A DNA stretch of 53,987 bases. It comes from a virus (taxonomy: Duplodnaviria; Caudoviricetes). Both the position numbers and the translations under genes were made by a program. Positions 36,687 through 46,253 of the stretch are shown here, in pieces. The notes under the pieces were generated by a model. That model was not told where the DNA came from. It saw only the letters and a list, made by a program, of their open reading frames with translations, and ran no database searches. The stretch spans positions 1-53,987 of the IMG/VR virus record IMGVR_UViG_3300035015_000011; one strand, given 5' to 3'. Each line of letters opens with the position of its first letter. Within the stretch, counting starts at the first letter, position 1.

Positions 36687-37753
36687 TGGTTCTTCCTCTG
36701 AGCACCGGGCCGCTGGAGCGGATTGTCTGTGACGGTCTGCCTGAGGTCAAAAGCTTCAGCATGTCCGTCTCGGCCGAAGAGGCGGCGCGGACGGCGAGCG
36801 GGGAATTCGTGATCATGGGGCCGGGGCTTCCGGCTTTTCCGGGGCTGGAGACGGCGGTCAGGGCGAGCGGCGATCTCATGCTCACCGGCTATGTGCGGGA
36901 CGTCAACACCGGCTACACCGAGCAGGATCGCACGCTCTCGCTCGGGATCGTCTCGCGGACCGTCGACATGATCGAGGCCTCGGCCATCCATCCGACCGGC
37001 GAAATCCTGAACAAGGACCTGGTCGCGATTGCCAAGGAGCTGGACAGCTACGGCGTCGGGATCGAGACGGATGGCTCCAGCTTCCCGGTCGAGATCCGGC
37101 ACAAGCTGATGCTGGGCGAGACAGGGTTTTCCTCGATCGAGCGGCGGGCAAGGGCGCGCGGGGCGCTGCTCTATGACACACCGAAAGGTCGGCTGAAGAT
37201 CGCGACAAAGCCTGAAGGCATTCATGCCGGCACGCTGAAGCGCGGCGTCAACATTCTTGGTGGCGCCAGTGCCAGCTTTACCGAGGAAGGTCGCTACAGC
37301 GAGACGCAGATCCGGGGGCAGCAAAGCGAGGGCAGCGAGAAACAGCACCTTCGCGCACAGACCAAGGTCAGCGACACCGGCGTGACGCGCAAGCGTGTCC
37401 TGATCCTGCCACAGGAGGGCGAGGGCACGATCGACCGGATGCGCAAGCGCGCGATCTGGCAGGCGCGGCGGGCAGCCGGCAACAGCGTGACGGCTTCCAT
37501 TCCTGTGAGTGGCTGGCGCGACGACAATGGTCGTCTCTATTCGCCGAACTGGCTGGTGGAGGTCGATGACGACTTTTTGGGTATCGAGGGGCTGATGATC
37601 ATCAAGAACGTCAGCCTTCAGCAGAGCGACCGGACCTTTGCGGTTCTATCGCTGGCGGACCCCCGAGCGCTGGGTGGCGAGAACCCGCGCGGCAAGACCA
37701 GCGCCGGCTATGGCGCGCCAGGCGTGATCGAAGCGGAGTATGAAGACGAATGA
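36686..37753 (+). CDS. Baseplate hub protein (Mu gp44-like)
   Basis: LTGYV...SRTVD...GET....IER.AR...RYS...VSGWRD..G.LYSPN. Confidence 0.88.
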   Translation: MVLPLSTGPLERIVCDGLPEVKSFSMSVSAEEAARTASGEFVIMGPGLPAFPGLETAVRASGDLMLTGYVRDVNTGYTEQDRTLSLGIVSRTVDMIEASAIHPTGEILNKDLVAIAKELDSYGVGIETDGSSFPVEIRHKLMLGETGFSSIERRARARGALLYDTPKGRLKIATKPEGIHAGTLKRGVNILGGASASFTEEGRYSETQIRGQQSEGSEKQHLRAQTKVSDTGVTRKRVLILPQEGEGTIDRMRKRAIWQARRAAGNSVTASIPVSGWRDDNGRLYSPNWLVEVDDDFLGIEGLMIIKNVSLQQSDRTFAVLSLADPRALGGENPRGKTSAGYGAPGVIEAEYEDE

Positions 37754-38196
37754 TGCGGTTCGACTACGACGGGCGCGAAGAGGTCAGGAATGGCCAGCAG
37801 TTCGTCTCGGGCCGCGCTGCCTATGGTGACGGCTGGACGCGCATCCATAGGATCGAGAGCCATGGCTTTGCCTCCTCGCCCGTTAAGGGCGCCAAGGGGC
37901 TGATCCTGCCGTCGCGGTATGATCCAGAACTCGCCTTCGTGCTGGGGCTGGAAAGCCCGGGGCATCGGCCTGGCGATCTGCCGGCGGGCGGGACTGCCAT
38001 TTATGATTCGACCGGCAACATCATGAAATTCATCGGTGACGGCATCGTTGTCGACGTGGCCGGCCGGACGATTACGACGACAGCGGGCGACTGGGTCTTG
38101 AACGGCCCGGCGACGATCAACGGCGACCTGACCGTTAATGGCAACATCAACTGTTCCGGCTCCGTTGTCGACGGTGACGGAAACAACGGGGCGTGA
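37750..38196 (+). CDS. Baseplate spike (Mu gp45-like)
   Basis: HGFASSP...RP.DL.AG.TAIYD, beta-helix-like C-terminus. Confidence 0.85.
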   Translation: MMRFDYDGREEVRNGQQFVSGRAAYGDGWTRIHRIESHGFASSPVKGAKGLILPSRYDPELAFVLGLESPGHRPGDLPAGGTAIYDSTGNIMKFIGDGIVVDVAGRTITTTAGDWVLNGPATINGDLTVNGNINCSGSVVDGDGNNGA

Positions 38197-38262
38197 GGCC
38201 TCGCAACGAGATCCGCCTCGCAGGTGGGCAAACGGCCAAGGGCCACAAAAAGGAGAAGACGC

Positions 38263-38508
38263 ATGAACGTCCGAGCAAAATTCCGCTGCATGTCCATTCA
38301 GCACATCCACACCGGCAGTGCCGATTGCAGTGTTGCAAACGTCGTTCTTGCCCCGGTCTGGGAGCAGGAGGGCGTAAACCGCAAGTGGTCGAAAGCGACT
38401 CCGCAGGGCAAGCTTGAAATGACGATCACCAATGCCGAGGCGATTAGCTCCTTCGAGCTTGGCCACGAATACTTTCTGGATATCAGCCCGGCAGTTGCTG
38501 AGGCCTGA
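38263..38508 (+). CDS. Small hypothetical protein inserted in the baseplate operon
   Basis: AAGGAG RBS; MNVRAKFRC...WSKATPQGKLEMTITN...EYFLDISPA. Confidence 0.8.
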   Translation: MNVRAKFRCMSIQHIHTGSADCSVANVVLAPVWEQEGVNRKWSKATPQGKLEMTITNAEAISSFELGHEYFLDISPAVAEA

Positions 38509-38509
38509 G

Positions 38510-38547
38510 CCCCTCACCCTGACCCTCTCCCCGCAAGCGGGGAGAGG
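38510..38547 (+). repeat. Rhizobial REP-like intergenic palindrome
   Basis: CCCCTCACCCTGACCCTCTCCCCGCAAGCGGGGAGAGG with a CCTCTCCCCGC / GCGGGGAGAGG stem. Confidence 0.7.
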
Positions 38548-38571
38548 AGATAATCCCGCTGAGAGGTTTCC

Positions 38572-39108
38572 ATGATCCGCATCGTTTCGATCGAAGATAC
38601 GGCTGAGCCGTATCGCGCGCCGGATCTCGGCTGGGATGGGGTCGTGGGGGATCTGATCCTCAATGCGCTGACGCATCCGACAGCGCCGGGGGACTTTCGC
38701 GCAGAGCAGGGGCTGGCAACGCAGATCCTGATCCATCTGATGACTGACCGGCGCGTCGAGGACAGCGAGCTGCGGCACGGCGAGGCCAATCGGGGCTGGC
38801 TGGGCGACAGCTTCGACATTCAGGACGGCGAGGGGCCGCTTGGTTCGCGGCTCTGGCTGCTGAGGCGCACGGCGATCACCGATCAGACGGCTGTGCTGGT
38901 CGAGGACTATGTGCGCGAGGCGCTGCAGCCGCTCATCGACCAGGAGGCAATTGCCTCGCTCGATGTGACCGTGACCGTCGACCGATCGGCCAACCGGGTC
39001 GACTACGTTGTGAATACCTATGGCCGCGATGGCGCGCGGTCCTTCGATGACAAATTCCAACTGTTCTGGGAGCAGATCAATGGCGTGGCAAATCCGCTCG
39101 CTCGATGA
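38572..39108 (+). CDS. Baseplate protein (Mu gp46-like)
   Basis: L.TDRR...RGWLGD...GSRLWLLRR...YVREALQPLI. Confidence 0.9.
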   Translation: MIRIVSIEDTAEPYRAPDLGWDGVVGDLILNALTHPTAPGDFRAEQGLATQILIHLMTDRRVEDSELRHGEANRGWLGDSFDIQDGEGPLGSRLWLLRRTAITDQTAVLVEDYVREALQPLIDQEAIASLDVTVTVDRSANRVDYVVNTYGRDGARSFDDKFQLFWEQINGVANPLAR

Positions 39109-40165
39109 CGCGTCGGCCGCGATCCGCGGTGCGTTCCGGCGCTTCCTTCCGGGCACGGATACGGCGCTCAAGAACAACTTCGTGACCGTCGTCGTGAAGG
39201 TTCTGGCGGGCTTGTCCCATGAGTTCGAGCTGCGCATGGGCTATCTCGCGCGGCAGCTCTTTGCCTCCACGGCAATGCTGGCTTTTCTCAGACTGCACGG
39301 GGCCGATGTCGCAATCTTCCAGAAGGGCGCGTCGGCGTCGTCGGGGTCTATCACGGGCGAGGGCGAGGCGAACCGGGTCTATCCTTCCGGCATACGCTTC
39401 GTGTCCGGCAACAACACCTATCTGTCGACGGCGCCCGCGCAGGCCTCGACGCTCGGCGTCGTCGTTTTCCCGGTCCAGTCGGAAGACAAGGGCGCATATA
39501 CCAATCGCGATGCGGGTGGCTTGCTGTCGCTCGCTGATCCCGCGCTCTACCCTACGCTCGGCACCAGTTTCACCGTTGGGGACGATGGACTGGGTGGCGG
39601 TGCCGATGTCGAAGATGTCGAGGATTTTCGAGCCCGCGTTCTGTTTCGCAAGGCAAATCCGCCGGGGGCTGGAAAGCTTTCCGACTATGAGCGCATCGTT
39701 CGCGAGGTGCCGGGGGTTCTCAAGGCATGGGCCTATCGCGACAGCCTGACGCCCAGCTTTCTCGTCGTGTACTTCCTGTTCGACGGACGCCCCAACCGGA
39801 TTCCAACCGAGGGCGACACGCTCGTCGTGCAGGCGGCGCTTGATGCGCAGCGGTTGATCCGGGTGAACGACAGCGTGGTGGAAGCGCCGACAGCGGTTGC
39901 CCTGAACCCCGTCATCGCCAACGTGACCAACGACACGGAAGCTGTACGCGCCGCGATCACAGCTGCAATCGAGGCAGTGCTGTACGAAAAGGCCAGGCCC
40001 GGCGTTGCCGGTGATGTCTTCGTCCTTTCGCGCAGCTGGATTGCCGAGGCGGTGAGCCAGGTGGTGGGCGAGGAGCGTCACACGCTGAACTGGCCCGCCG
40101 GGGACCTTCCCTACACGGGTGGGCAATATCCTGTCGTCGGAACGGTGAGCTTCGTGAATGAGTAG
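39080..40165 (+). CDS. Baseplate J / Mu gp47-like wedge protein
   Basis: GGGADVEDVEDFRARVL...PPGAG..SDY...EVPGV. Confidence 0.92.
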   Translation: MAWQIRSLDDASAAIRGAFRRFLPGTDTALKNNFVTVVVKVLAGLSHEFELRMGYLARQLFASTAMLAFLRLHGADVAIFQKGASASSGSITGEGEANRVYPSGIRFVSGNNTYLSTAPAQASTLGVVVFPVQSEDKGAYTNRDAGGLLSLADPALYPTLGTSFTVGDDGLGGGADVEDVEDFRARVLFRKANPPGAGKLSDYERIVREVPGVLKAWAYRDSLTPSFLVVYFLFDGRPNRIPTEGDTLVVQAALDAQRLIRVNDSVVEAPTAVALNPVIANVTNDTEAVRAAITAAIEAVLYEKARPGVAGDVFVLSRSWIAEAVSQVVGEERHTLNWPAGDLPYTGGQYPVVGTVSFVNE

Positions 40166-40943
40166 GAAGAATTCATTTTCGCACACTGTGACCAACAGCT
40201 TTACGGCGGAGGTTTCCGCTTCGGTCGGCGTGCCCTCGGATGCGCTGGCTGCGCCGGATAGCGACAGCCTTGTTACGGCGGGCCTGACCTTGTGGCCGCC
40301 GGGTGCGGCATGGGGTTCTCCGGACGGGCAGGCGGTGTCGCTGTCGTCGACCCTGGCCAAGTTCACGCGGGTGCTGCTCTCGCCTTTCGAATGGCTCTAT
40401 GCGCGGGCCTTCCGGCTGGCGCTGGAGGCCAATACGCAGACCGTATCGGAACTGCTGGCGGACTGGGAAGCGGAGCACGGGCTCCCGGAGAATTGCTTCA
40501 TCGGTGAGCAGTCGGCGAGCCAGCGGCTGACGGCGCTTCGCCGCAAGGTGATGGCGAGGCCGCTCGCCCATCCACAGGATTTCGTGCGGGTCGCGGCGGA
40601 CTTCGGTTTCGAGATCGAGATCGAAGAGCCGAACATCTTCGGATGCGGGTTTTCCGAGTGTGGTGGCTATCACGAGGCCGGGGCTGCGGCGGAAGAGGCC
40701 TTCATCACAGTGCGCGTCAGGGGCAGCGCCGAAAGCTTTTTCGAGGCTGGCATCTCCGAATGCGGCGCCGACCGGCTGTACGACGTCGTCGGGTCTTCCG
40801 ACGTGTTGTGCTTTCTGCGGCAGGAACTGCCGGGCTGGGTGGTGGCTGTCCCCGAAGCGTGGATCAACCTGGCTTACTGGGTCACCGAAGAACCGGCCTT
40901 CATGGTCGACGAATATGGCAACCGGCTGATGTTCCGGATCTGA
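40158..40943 (+). CDS. Baseplate protein Mu gp48 / YmfQ-like
   Basis: LWPPGAAW...ELLADWEAEHGLP..C...R. Confidence 0.85.
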   Translation: MSRKNSFSHTVTNSFTAEVSASVGVPSDALAAPDSDSLVTAGLTLWPPGAAWGSPDGQAVSLSSTLAKFTRVLLSPFEWLYARAFRLALEANTQTVSELLADWEAEHGLPENCFIGEQSASQRLTALRRKVMARPLAHPQDFVRVAADFGFEIEIEEPNIFGCGFSECGGYHEAGAAAEEAFITVRVRGSAESFFEAGISECGADRLYDVVGSSDVLCFLRQELPGWVVAVPEAWINLAYWVTEEPAFMVDEYGNRLMFRI

Positions 40944-40961
40944 CAACCAAGCGAGGAAATC

Positions 40962-41855
40962 ATGAGCGACTATGTCCAGCCCTATGGCGAGGGAGACCCG
41001 AACGCGCCCTACAAGGACAGGAACAGCGCGGCCGGAGAGCCTGGATCGCGTGTTCCGGCGCTGGCGATCGAGATGCCGCAGCGGGAAATCAAGACGGTGC
41101 TCCTGGCCGCCGGTCTGGTGCCAGACCGCACAGACCCGACGCAGCTCAATGCGGCTATCGATGCGAAGATTGCTCTGGCGACGGCCGGCGGAGAGAACCC
41201 GCTGAACGATCTGCTCGATCTCCTGCGGGCGCGCCTGCTCTTCTATCCCGAGATCGTCACCAGCGACGGGGCGTTCAACCTTTCCGTGCCGTCCACTGGA
41301 ACCGTGCGCATCCCTGCCGGTATCGTGATCAAGCATCGCGGCGTGTTTCCGATCACCACCCTGCAGCAGGATTTTGTCACTGTTGCCAACAAGACCTATC
41401 ACCTGCGCTACAGGTTCACTGGCACGCCCGGCTGGTCGCTGGTGGATGTTTCCGACAGCTCATACAACCCGTCCGCCCTGGCCGAGACCGACGCCAGCTT
41501 CGATACTGGTTATGACGACATGATCAGCCACAAGGTCGTGACCAGTCCGTCCAACGTGGCGACGATCACGCCGCTGGTGAACCTCGACCGCCTCATGGAT
41601 CGCCGCGACGTGACACTTTCCTACGGTTCGACGCCTGCGAATGGAATGACGGCAGCATTCACGGCCTCCTTCAACTGGGCTCGTACTCCGAAGGTTCCGC
41701 TGATCACCTGGACTTACCGCAGCCAGGTTGCGCCCATCAGCGACAATGACGAGCAGTTCACCCGGACGGTGTCCCGCTACGCAATCGCCGGCACGGCGAT
41801 GCTCGATTTTGCCGATGTCGCAGGGACCAACCTGCAGGTTTCGGCCTGGGCTTAA
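40962..41855 (+). CDS. Tail fibre protein 1 (baseplate-proximal)
   Basis: Y..P.G..DPNAPY...GS..PA.AIE.PQREI...AAGL.P...D.TQL..AI N-terminal anchor pattern. Confidence 0.8.
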   Translation: MSDYVQPYGEGDPNAPYKDRNSAAGEPGSRVPALAIEMPQREIKTVLLAAGLVPDRTDPTQLNAAIDAKIALATAGGENPLNDLLDLLRARLLFYPEIVTSDGAFNLSVPSTGTVRIPAGIVIKHRGVFPITTLQQDFVTVANKTYHLRYRFTGTPGWSLVDVSDSSYNPSALAETDASFDTGYDDMISHKVVTSPSNVATITPLVNLDRLMDRRDVTLSYGSTPANGMTAAFTASFNWARTPKVPLITWTYRSQVAPISDNDEQFTRTVSRYAIAGTAMLDFADVAGTNLQVSAWA

Positions 41856-41867
41856 GGGGCGTATCCG

Positions 41868-42560
41868 ATGGAAGAAGAAAGACTTATCAGCGGCCTGGAC
41901 CCATTGCCTGGCGGTGCTGCCGAAGCAGGGGATCTCATACCGGCGTCGCGCGGTGGAGTGACGGGTCTCCTGTCGGTCGCAAGGGTACTTACGGCCGCCC
42001 AGAACATAGGGCTGACGATTCTCGGGGCGGCAAGCAAGTCCAGTCTCGTCGATGCAGACCTTATCGGAGTGTCCGACAGCGCCGATTCAAATGCGCTGAA
42101 AAAGACAACGCTGGCGCAACTGATCTCCAGCGTTTTCACCACGGCAAGGACCATCGCCAATGCTCAGTTCGCGGCGGCGACATTCAAGCTGTTCAATGCT
42201 GCAGGGACGCCAAGGGCACTCACATTCAATGTCAGCGCTCTTACCGCTGATCGCGTGCTCAATCTTCCGGATGGGAACGTGACGCTGCCAAGCGGAACGG
42301 TGATCACGTCCGCCGATGTGTTGCCGACCATCGCGGCGACAACTCCGGGGGCTGTCGGAACCTATGTTCAGGCACGGCAGAGCGTTACATCGACGGCTCG
42401 CGCGCTCGGTGCCCTGGTGGCGGGCAGCAACCTCGTCCCGACAAATGCGGACGGGTCCGGAACCGGCGCTGCTCTGACCGGGATGTGGTCGCTTGCCGGA
42501 ACGATCCCAAGTGCGACCGGCGCTGCTGCAAACACAGGCAACTGGCTGAGGGTGTCCTGA
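41868..42560 (+). CDS. Tail fibre protein 2 (distal / receptor-binding candidate)
   Basis: LTADRVLNLPD repeat; C-terminal AVGTY...GSNL...G.W...G...WLRVS tip; followed by a chaperone gene. Confidence 0.75.
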   Translation: MEEERLISGLDPLPGGAAEAGDLIPASRGGVTGLLSVARVLTAAQNIGLTILGAASKSSLVDADLIGVSDSADSNALKKTTLAQLISSVFTTARTIANAQFAAATFKLFNAAGTPRALTFNVSALTADRVLNLPDGNVTLPSGTVITSADVLPTIAATTPGAVGTYVQARQSVTSTARALGALVAGSNLVPTNADGSGTGAALTGMWSLAGTIPSATGAAANTGNWLRVS

Positions 42561-43036
42561 TGGATTTTCGAAACGCAGTCTATTCATCTGCTGACGGCCA
42601 GCAGATCGACATGGAAATTGACCATCCGGTTTTCGGGTGGGCGCCATTCACGGCGCGGCCTGACGATCCGGAGCCGCTGGGCCGCGATCTCTATGCCGCA
42701 GCCCTGCTGGGTTATGTCGCTGACTATGTGGAACCCGAGATCGAGCTGGAGACCCCGGCGGAAATATCGGACCGGCAGTTCTTCCACGTTCTTGCCCTGG
42801 ACGGGCTTATCAGCGAAGCCGAAGCGCTGGCCGCAGTCAAGACGGGAGACGCCCCGGCTGCGTTTGATGTGTTCATTGCCTCCTTGCCGGAAGCGGAGCG
42901 CTTCGGAGCCAGGATGCTGTTGGAGGGGGCGACAATGTTCCGCCGCGACCATCCGCTGACGAACGCCTTTGGCTCAATGTACGGCCTGTCGTCTGAAGAG
43001 ATCGATGATCTCTGGCGGCGAGCTTCAGATCTTTAG
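42560..43036 (+). CDS. Tail fibre assembly chaperone (Tfa-like)
   Basis: RNAVY...IDMEIDHPVFGWAPFTARPDDPEPLGRDLY N-terminal domain; C-terminal ISDRQF...F.RDHPL...IDDLWR.A; stop/start coupled to the fibre gene. Confidence 0.8.
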   Translation: MDFRNAVYSSADGQQIDMEIDHPVFGWAPFTARPDDPEPLGRDLYAAALLGYVADYVEPEIELETPAEISDRQFFHVLALDGLISEAEALAAVKTGDAPAAFDVFIASLPEAERFGARMLLEGATMFRRDHPLTNAFGSMYGLSSEEIDDLWRRASDL

Positions 43037-43076
43037 GCTCCAAGTCCCCTCAAAATTGAACATCAAGGACATCGTC

Positions 43077-43652
43077 ATGATTGCGAACCGCGCAGCGTTC
43101 TTCTCTGCCGTGCGCTCGTCGCTGTTTGGCGGCAAGCTCTCGGCAAGTCAGGTTGCCGGGATGGACGCCATCCTGGATGAATGGACGGTGCAGGGGCTCA
43201 CCGACCATCGCTGGCTTGCGTACATGCTGGCGACAACCATGCATGAAACGGCCGGCACAATGCAGCCGATCACCGAATACGGCGGCCGGAAGTACTTCGA
43301 CAAGTATGACACGGGAAGGCTCGCGAAAGAGCTTGGCAACACGCCCGAGGCTGATGGCGACGGTTTCCTCTATCGCGGCCGGGGCTTCGTGCAGATCACC
43401 GGGCGTGCCAACTACCGGAAGTTCGGTATCGAGGCAAATCCGGAAAAGGCGCTCGAACTTCCTACTGCCGTAAAGATCCTCTTCGAGGGAATGAAGAGCG
43501 GCGTTTTCACTGGTCGCAAGCTGTCAGACTATTTCAGTGGCCCGAAGGCTGACTGGATCAACGCGCGCCGCATCATCAACGGGACTGATCGCGCAGCTCA
43601 AATTGCGGATCTCGCCCAGCGTTTCCTGAAGGCGATCGAGGTTGCCCGATGA
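43077..43652 (+). CDS. Endolysin, glycoside hydrolase family 19-like
   Basis: LAYMLATTMHET...PITEYG...LGN...GDG..YRGRGFVQITGRANY...ARRIING. Confidence 0.9.
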   Translation: MIANRAAFFSAVRSSLFGGKLSASQVAGMDAILDEWTVQGLTDHRWLAYMLATTMHETAGTMQPITEYGGRKYFDKYDTGRLAKELGNTPEADGDGFLYRGRGFVQITGRANYRKFGIEANPEKALELPTAVKILFEGMKSGVFTGRKLSDYFSGPKADWINARRIINGTDRAAQIADLAQRFLKAIEVAR

Positions 43653-43966
43653 AGAAGGCAACCGGTGAGCCGGGCTGGACCTGGCGACGGGCGATCATCT
43701 TTCCGGTGGTGATATATGCCTGCTGGCAGCTGAGGCTTCTGATTGACGCCCCGGACACGAGGGTGAATGAGCGATTAGCCGATGGCTGGATGATCCTGAT
43801 TGCGGTTCTGGTGCTCGGCTATACGGGCTTTGCCACCGTGCAGGACGTCGCGGCGATCTGGCGGACGGGCACCGGGCTTCCCTATGCGCCGCAGAATCCG
43901 AACATTGGCAATAGCTTGAGCGCGCCCGGCATAACCGATGCGCCCGGGCCCCACCTGCAGCCGTAA
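43649..43966 (+). CDS. Putative holin (two TM helices)
   Basis: Coupled to the endolysin; two hydrophobic segments after W..RR. Confidence 0.55.
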   Translation: MKKATGEPGWTWRRAIIFPVVIYACWQLRLLIDAPDTRVNERLADGWMILIAVLVLGYTGFATVQDVAAIWRTGTGLPYAPQNPNIGNSLSAPGITDAPGPHLQP

Positions 43967-44034
43967 GGTTTGCCCTGCCGCCTTCGCCGTTCACATGAAA
44001 AATCGAGTTACCAGACAGAGAACAGGAGACTGTG

Positions 44035-44592
44035 ATGACCGATGCTATTTCCACTGCGCTCACGGCGGCCGATGCCAGCGTTCTGCGCGGGGGCGGGCTC
44101 ATGGAGCAGGCTGAAGCGCATGGCCGCTACGTCGTCGAGTGCATCGGCGCTGACGGCGAGGTCAAGTGGCGTGAGGAGATCGAGAACCTCGTAACCACTG
44201 CCGGCAAGAACGACGCGCTTGACAAGTATCTTTCAGGCTCTGCCTATACCGCCGCCTGGTTTCTCGGTCTCGTCGACGGTGCCACGACGCCGACCTATGC
44301 GGCGGCAGACACCGCCGCCAGCCATGCAGGCTGGACGGAAAACACGGCCTATTCGAACGCGACCCGCCCGGCGCCGACCTTCAATGCGGCGGCGTCCGGC
44401 GCCAAGGCGACGACGGGGACGGCATTCAGCATCAACGCGAATGGGCAGACCATTGCCGGCGTGTTCCTGATTTCCAACTCCACCAAGGCTGGCACGACGG
44501 GCGTGCTCTATTCGGTCGGCGCATTTACCGGCGGCAACAAGGCTGTGGGTAGCGGCGACACGCTGAACGTCACCTGGACCGGCTCGCTGTAA
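44035..44592 (+). CDS. Virion structural protein, fibre-subunit-like
   Basis: AGGAG RBS; Thr/Ala/Gly-rich, beta-rich; ENLVTTAG...GDTLNVTW. Confidence 0.7.
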   Translation: MTDAISTALTAADASVLRGGGLMEQAEAHGRYVVECIGADGEVKWREEIENLVTTAGKNDALDKYLSGSAYTAAWFLGLVDGATTPTYAAADTAASHAGWTENTAYSNATRPAPTFNAAASGAKATTGTAFSINANGQTIAGVFLISNSTKAGTTGVLYSVGAFTGGNKAVGSGDTLNVTWTGSL

Positions 44593-44612
44593 TCGAGACG
44601 GCGGATTAACCG

Positions 44613-46244
44613 ATGGCGATCACGCGGGTAGGGCAGAACACAGGCACGACGACGGCGTCGCTTCCGACGCTGGCAATCGGTGACCTGATCGTCGTTGCCG
44701 CCTATCGCGACGGCAGCGCCACGGCACCGACCGTTCCCTCTGCCTTTTCCGGCGGCGTCATCACCACAGGTGGCTCCAACACCAATTCCATGGTGTTGGC
44801 GGCGCTCGAGGTGGCGACCGGATCCGAGACTGTGGGCACGTGGACCAATGCCACGAGCTTGATCGCGGTTGTTTACCGTGGGGTCGACCTGACGGCGCCC
44901 GGCGGCACCGTGCAGACCGGCGGGTCATCGAATGCGATGCAGTATGGCACCATTACGGTGCAGGATACGACCGGTGGCAACTGCCTGGTTGCCTTTGGTG
45001 GCAATCGTTCCAACAGCGTCACCATCGAGACGCCACCCTCCGGCTTCTCGCTTGTTACCACTGTTTCTGACTCGACGGACGAGATGGGCTGCTTCGAGCG
45101 ATTTGGCGTCGCAGCCGGGTCTGTTGCTCTCGGCGGCGTTACAGTTGCGGTCGTGGCTTCCGGCTATCGCACTGCCGTGGTCGAATTGCTGCCTTTGGCT
45201 GGCGGCGGCACGACCTACAATGAAGCCGCCAGTGAAGCAGGGGCTGCGGCCGAGAGTGCATCACAGACCCTGACGGCCAACGGTGCGATTGCCGAGGCCG
45301 CAGCAGCGGGGCATTCCCAGACGGCAGCGCTGACCGGCGTTGTGACAGCGAGCGAGGCTGCAAGTGCTTCGGATCTATTTGCCGGGGCGGTTTCGACATC
45401 GGTCGGGCTGAGCGAGGCTGCGAGCGCCGGCAACGTCCAGGTGAGCGGGCTTGCGCTTTCGGCCTCTGTTGCGGAGTCGGTGAGCGCCGCTGACACATCG
45501 GTGCCGAGCACGAGCCCGACAGGGACCGCAAGCGCAACGGCGAATGCTACCGAGACGAGCGCAGCCGCGGCGACGCTTGCTGCCAGTTCAACCGATGCGG
45601 CTGTGGCTGTCGACGTTTCGACGCGAACGGTCGTCCTCAGCACGAGCCTCAGCGAGGCGGGGACGGCGGGCGAGATAACTTCCAGCGCTCGCACGACGAC
45701 GGCGGTTTCTGCCGAGGTGGCCAGCGCCACGGATAGTACAAGTCGGGCAGTTGCGACCTCCGCCACAGGTTCCGATGGGGTGACGGCGACGGATGCCAGT
45801 CTCGCGAGCCGCAGCACGGTGTCTGTGCTTGCAGAGCCCGCTGCAGCGACAGACCAGGGGCAGGCGGCCAAGGCAAGTGCGACTGGCGGCAGCGAGGCGG
45901 CTGAAGCTGGTGGTGCCGGCAGTGCATCGCTGCAGGCAGCGGGCACCAGCATCGAGGCTGCCGACGCCAGTGATGCGGCGATGGCAACGCGAGTTGTCGA
46001 CGCCGCCATAGTCGAGGCTGCTTCGGCGCTGGACAGCGCGGTTGTGGCCAGTGCGGAGGCAAACGCCCTGCGCATCGTCGTGAGAGCGCCGGCGCCGCTG
46101 CACCAGGTGGTGCGCGCGCCGGAGCAACAGAAAATTCAAGCTCGTTCGTTTCTGCTGTGCTGTATCGCGCGGGCGGCAGATCCGCCGAGATACATGGCGC
46201 GAGCGAGCGGGCCGCTGCGCCTGGTGGCGCGTGACGCATTTTAG
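44613..46244 (+). CDS. Ala/Ser/Thr-rich protein with 14 tandem 20-aa repeats
   Basis: About 200-aa globular N-domain, then a strict 20-aa period (mostly acidic residues at positions 8 and 14) at 45213-46052. Confidence 0.8.
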   Translation: MAITRVGQNTGTTTASLPTLAIGDLIVVAAYRDGSATAPTVPSAFSGGVITTGGSNTNSMVLAALEVATGSETVGTWTNATSLIAVVYRGVDLTAPGGTVQTGGSSNAMQYGTITVQDTTGGNCLVAFGGNRSNSVTIETPPSGFSLVTTVSDSTDEMGCFERFGVAAGSVALGGVTVAVVASGYRTAVVELLPLAGGGTTYNEAASEAGAAAESASQTLTANGAIAEAAAAGHSQTAALTGVVTASEAASASDLFAGAVSTSVGLSEAASAGNVQVSGLALSASVAESVSAADTSVPSTSPTGTASATANATETSAAAATLAASSTDAAVAVDVSTRTVVLSTSLSEAGTAGEITSSARTTTAVSAEVASATDSTSRAVATSATGSDGVTATDASLASRSTVSVLAEPAAATDQGQAAKASATGGSEAAEAGGAGSASLQAAGTSIEAADASDAAMATRVVDAAIVEAASALDSAVVASAEANALRIVVRAPAPLHQVVRAPEQQKIQARSFLLCCIARAADPPRYMARASGPLRLVARDAF

Positions 46245-46253
46245 GAGGCAGGC

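Noticed and set aside
12464-41402. Long minus-strand ORFs (e.g. 12464-14152, 14351-16333, 22485-24689, 31440-32756, 37708-39237)
   Set aside because: Antisense shadows of well-supported + strand genes in high-GC DNA, with no recognisable motifs.
40962-43036. Mu/P1-type invertible tail-fibre cassette
   Set aside because: No invertase, no inverted fibre copy and no flanking inverted repeats seen.
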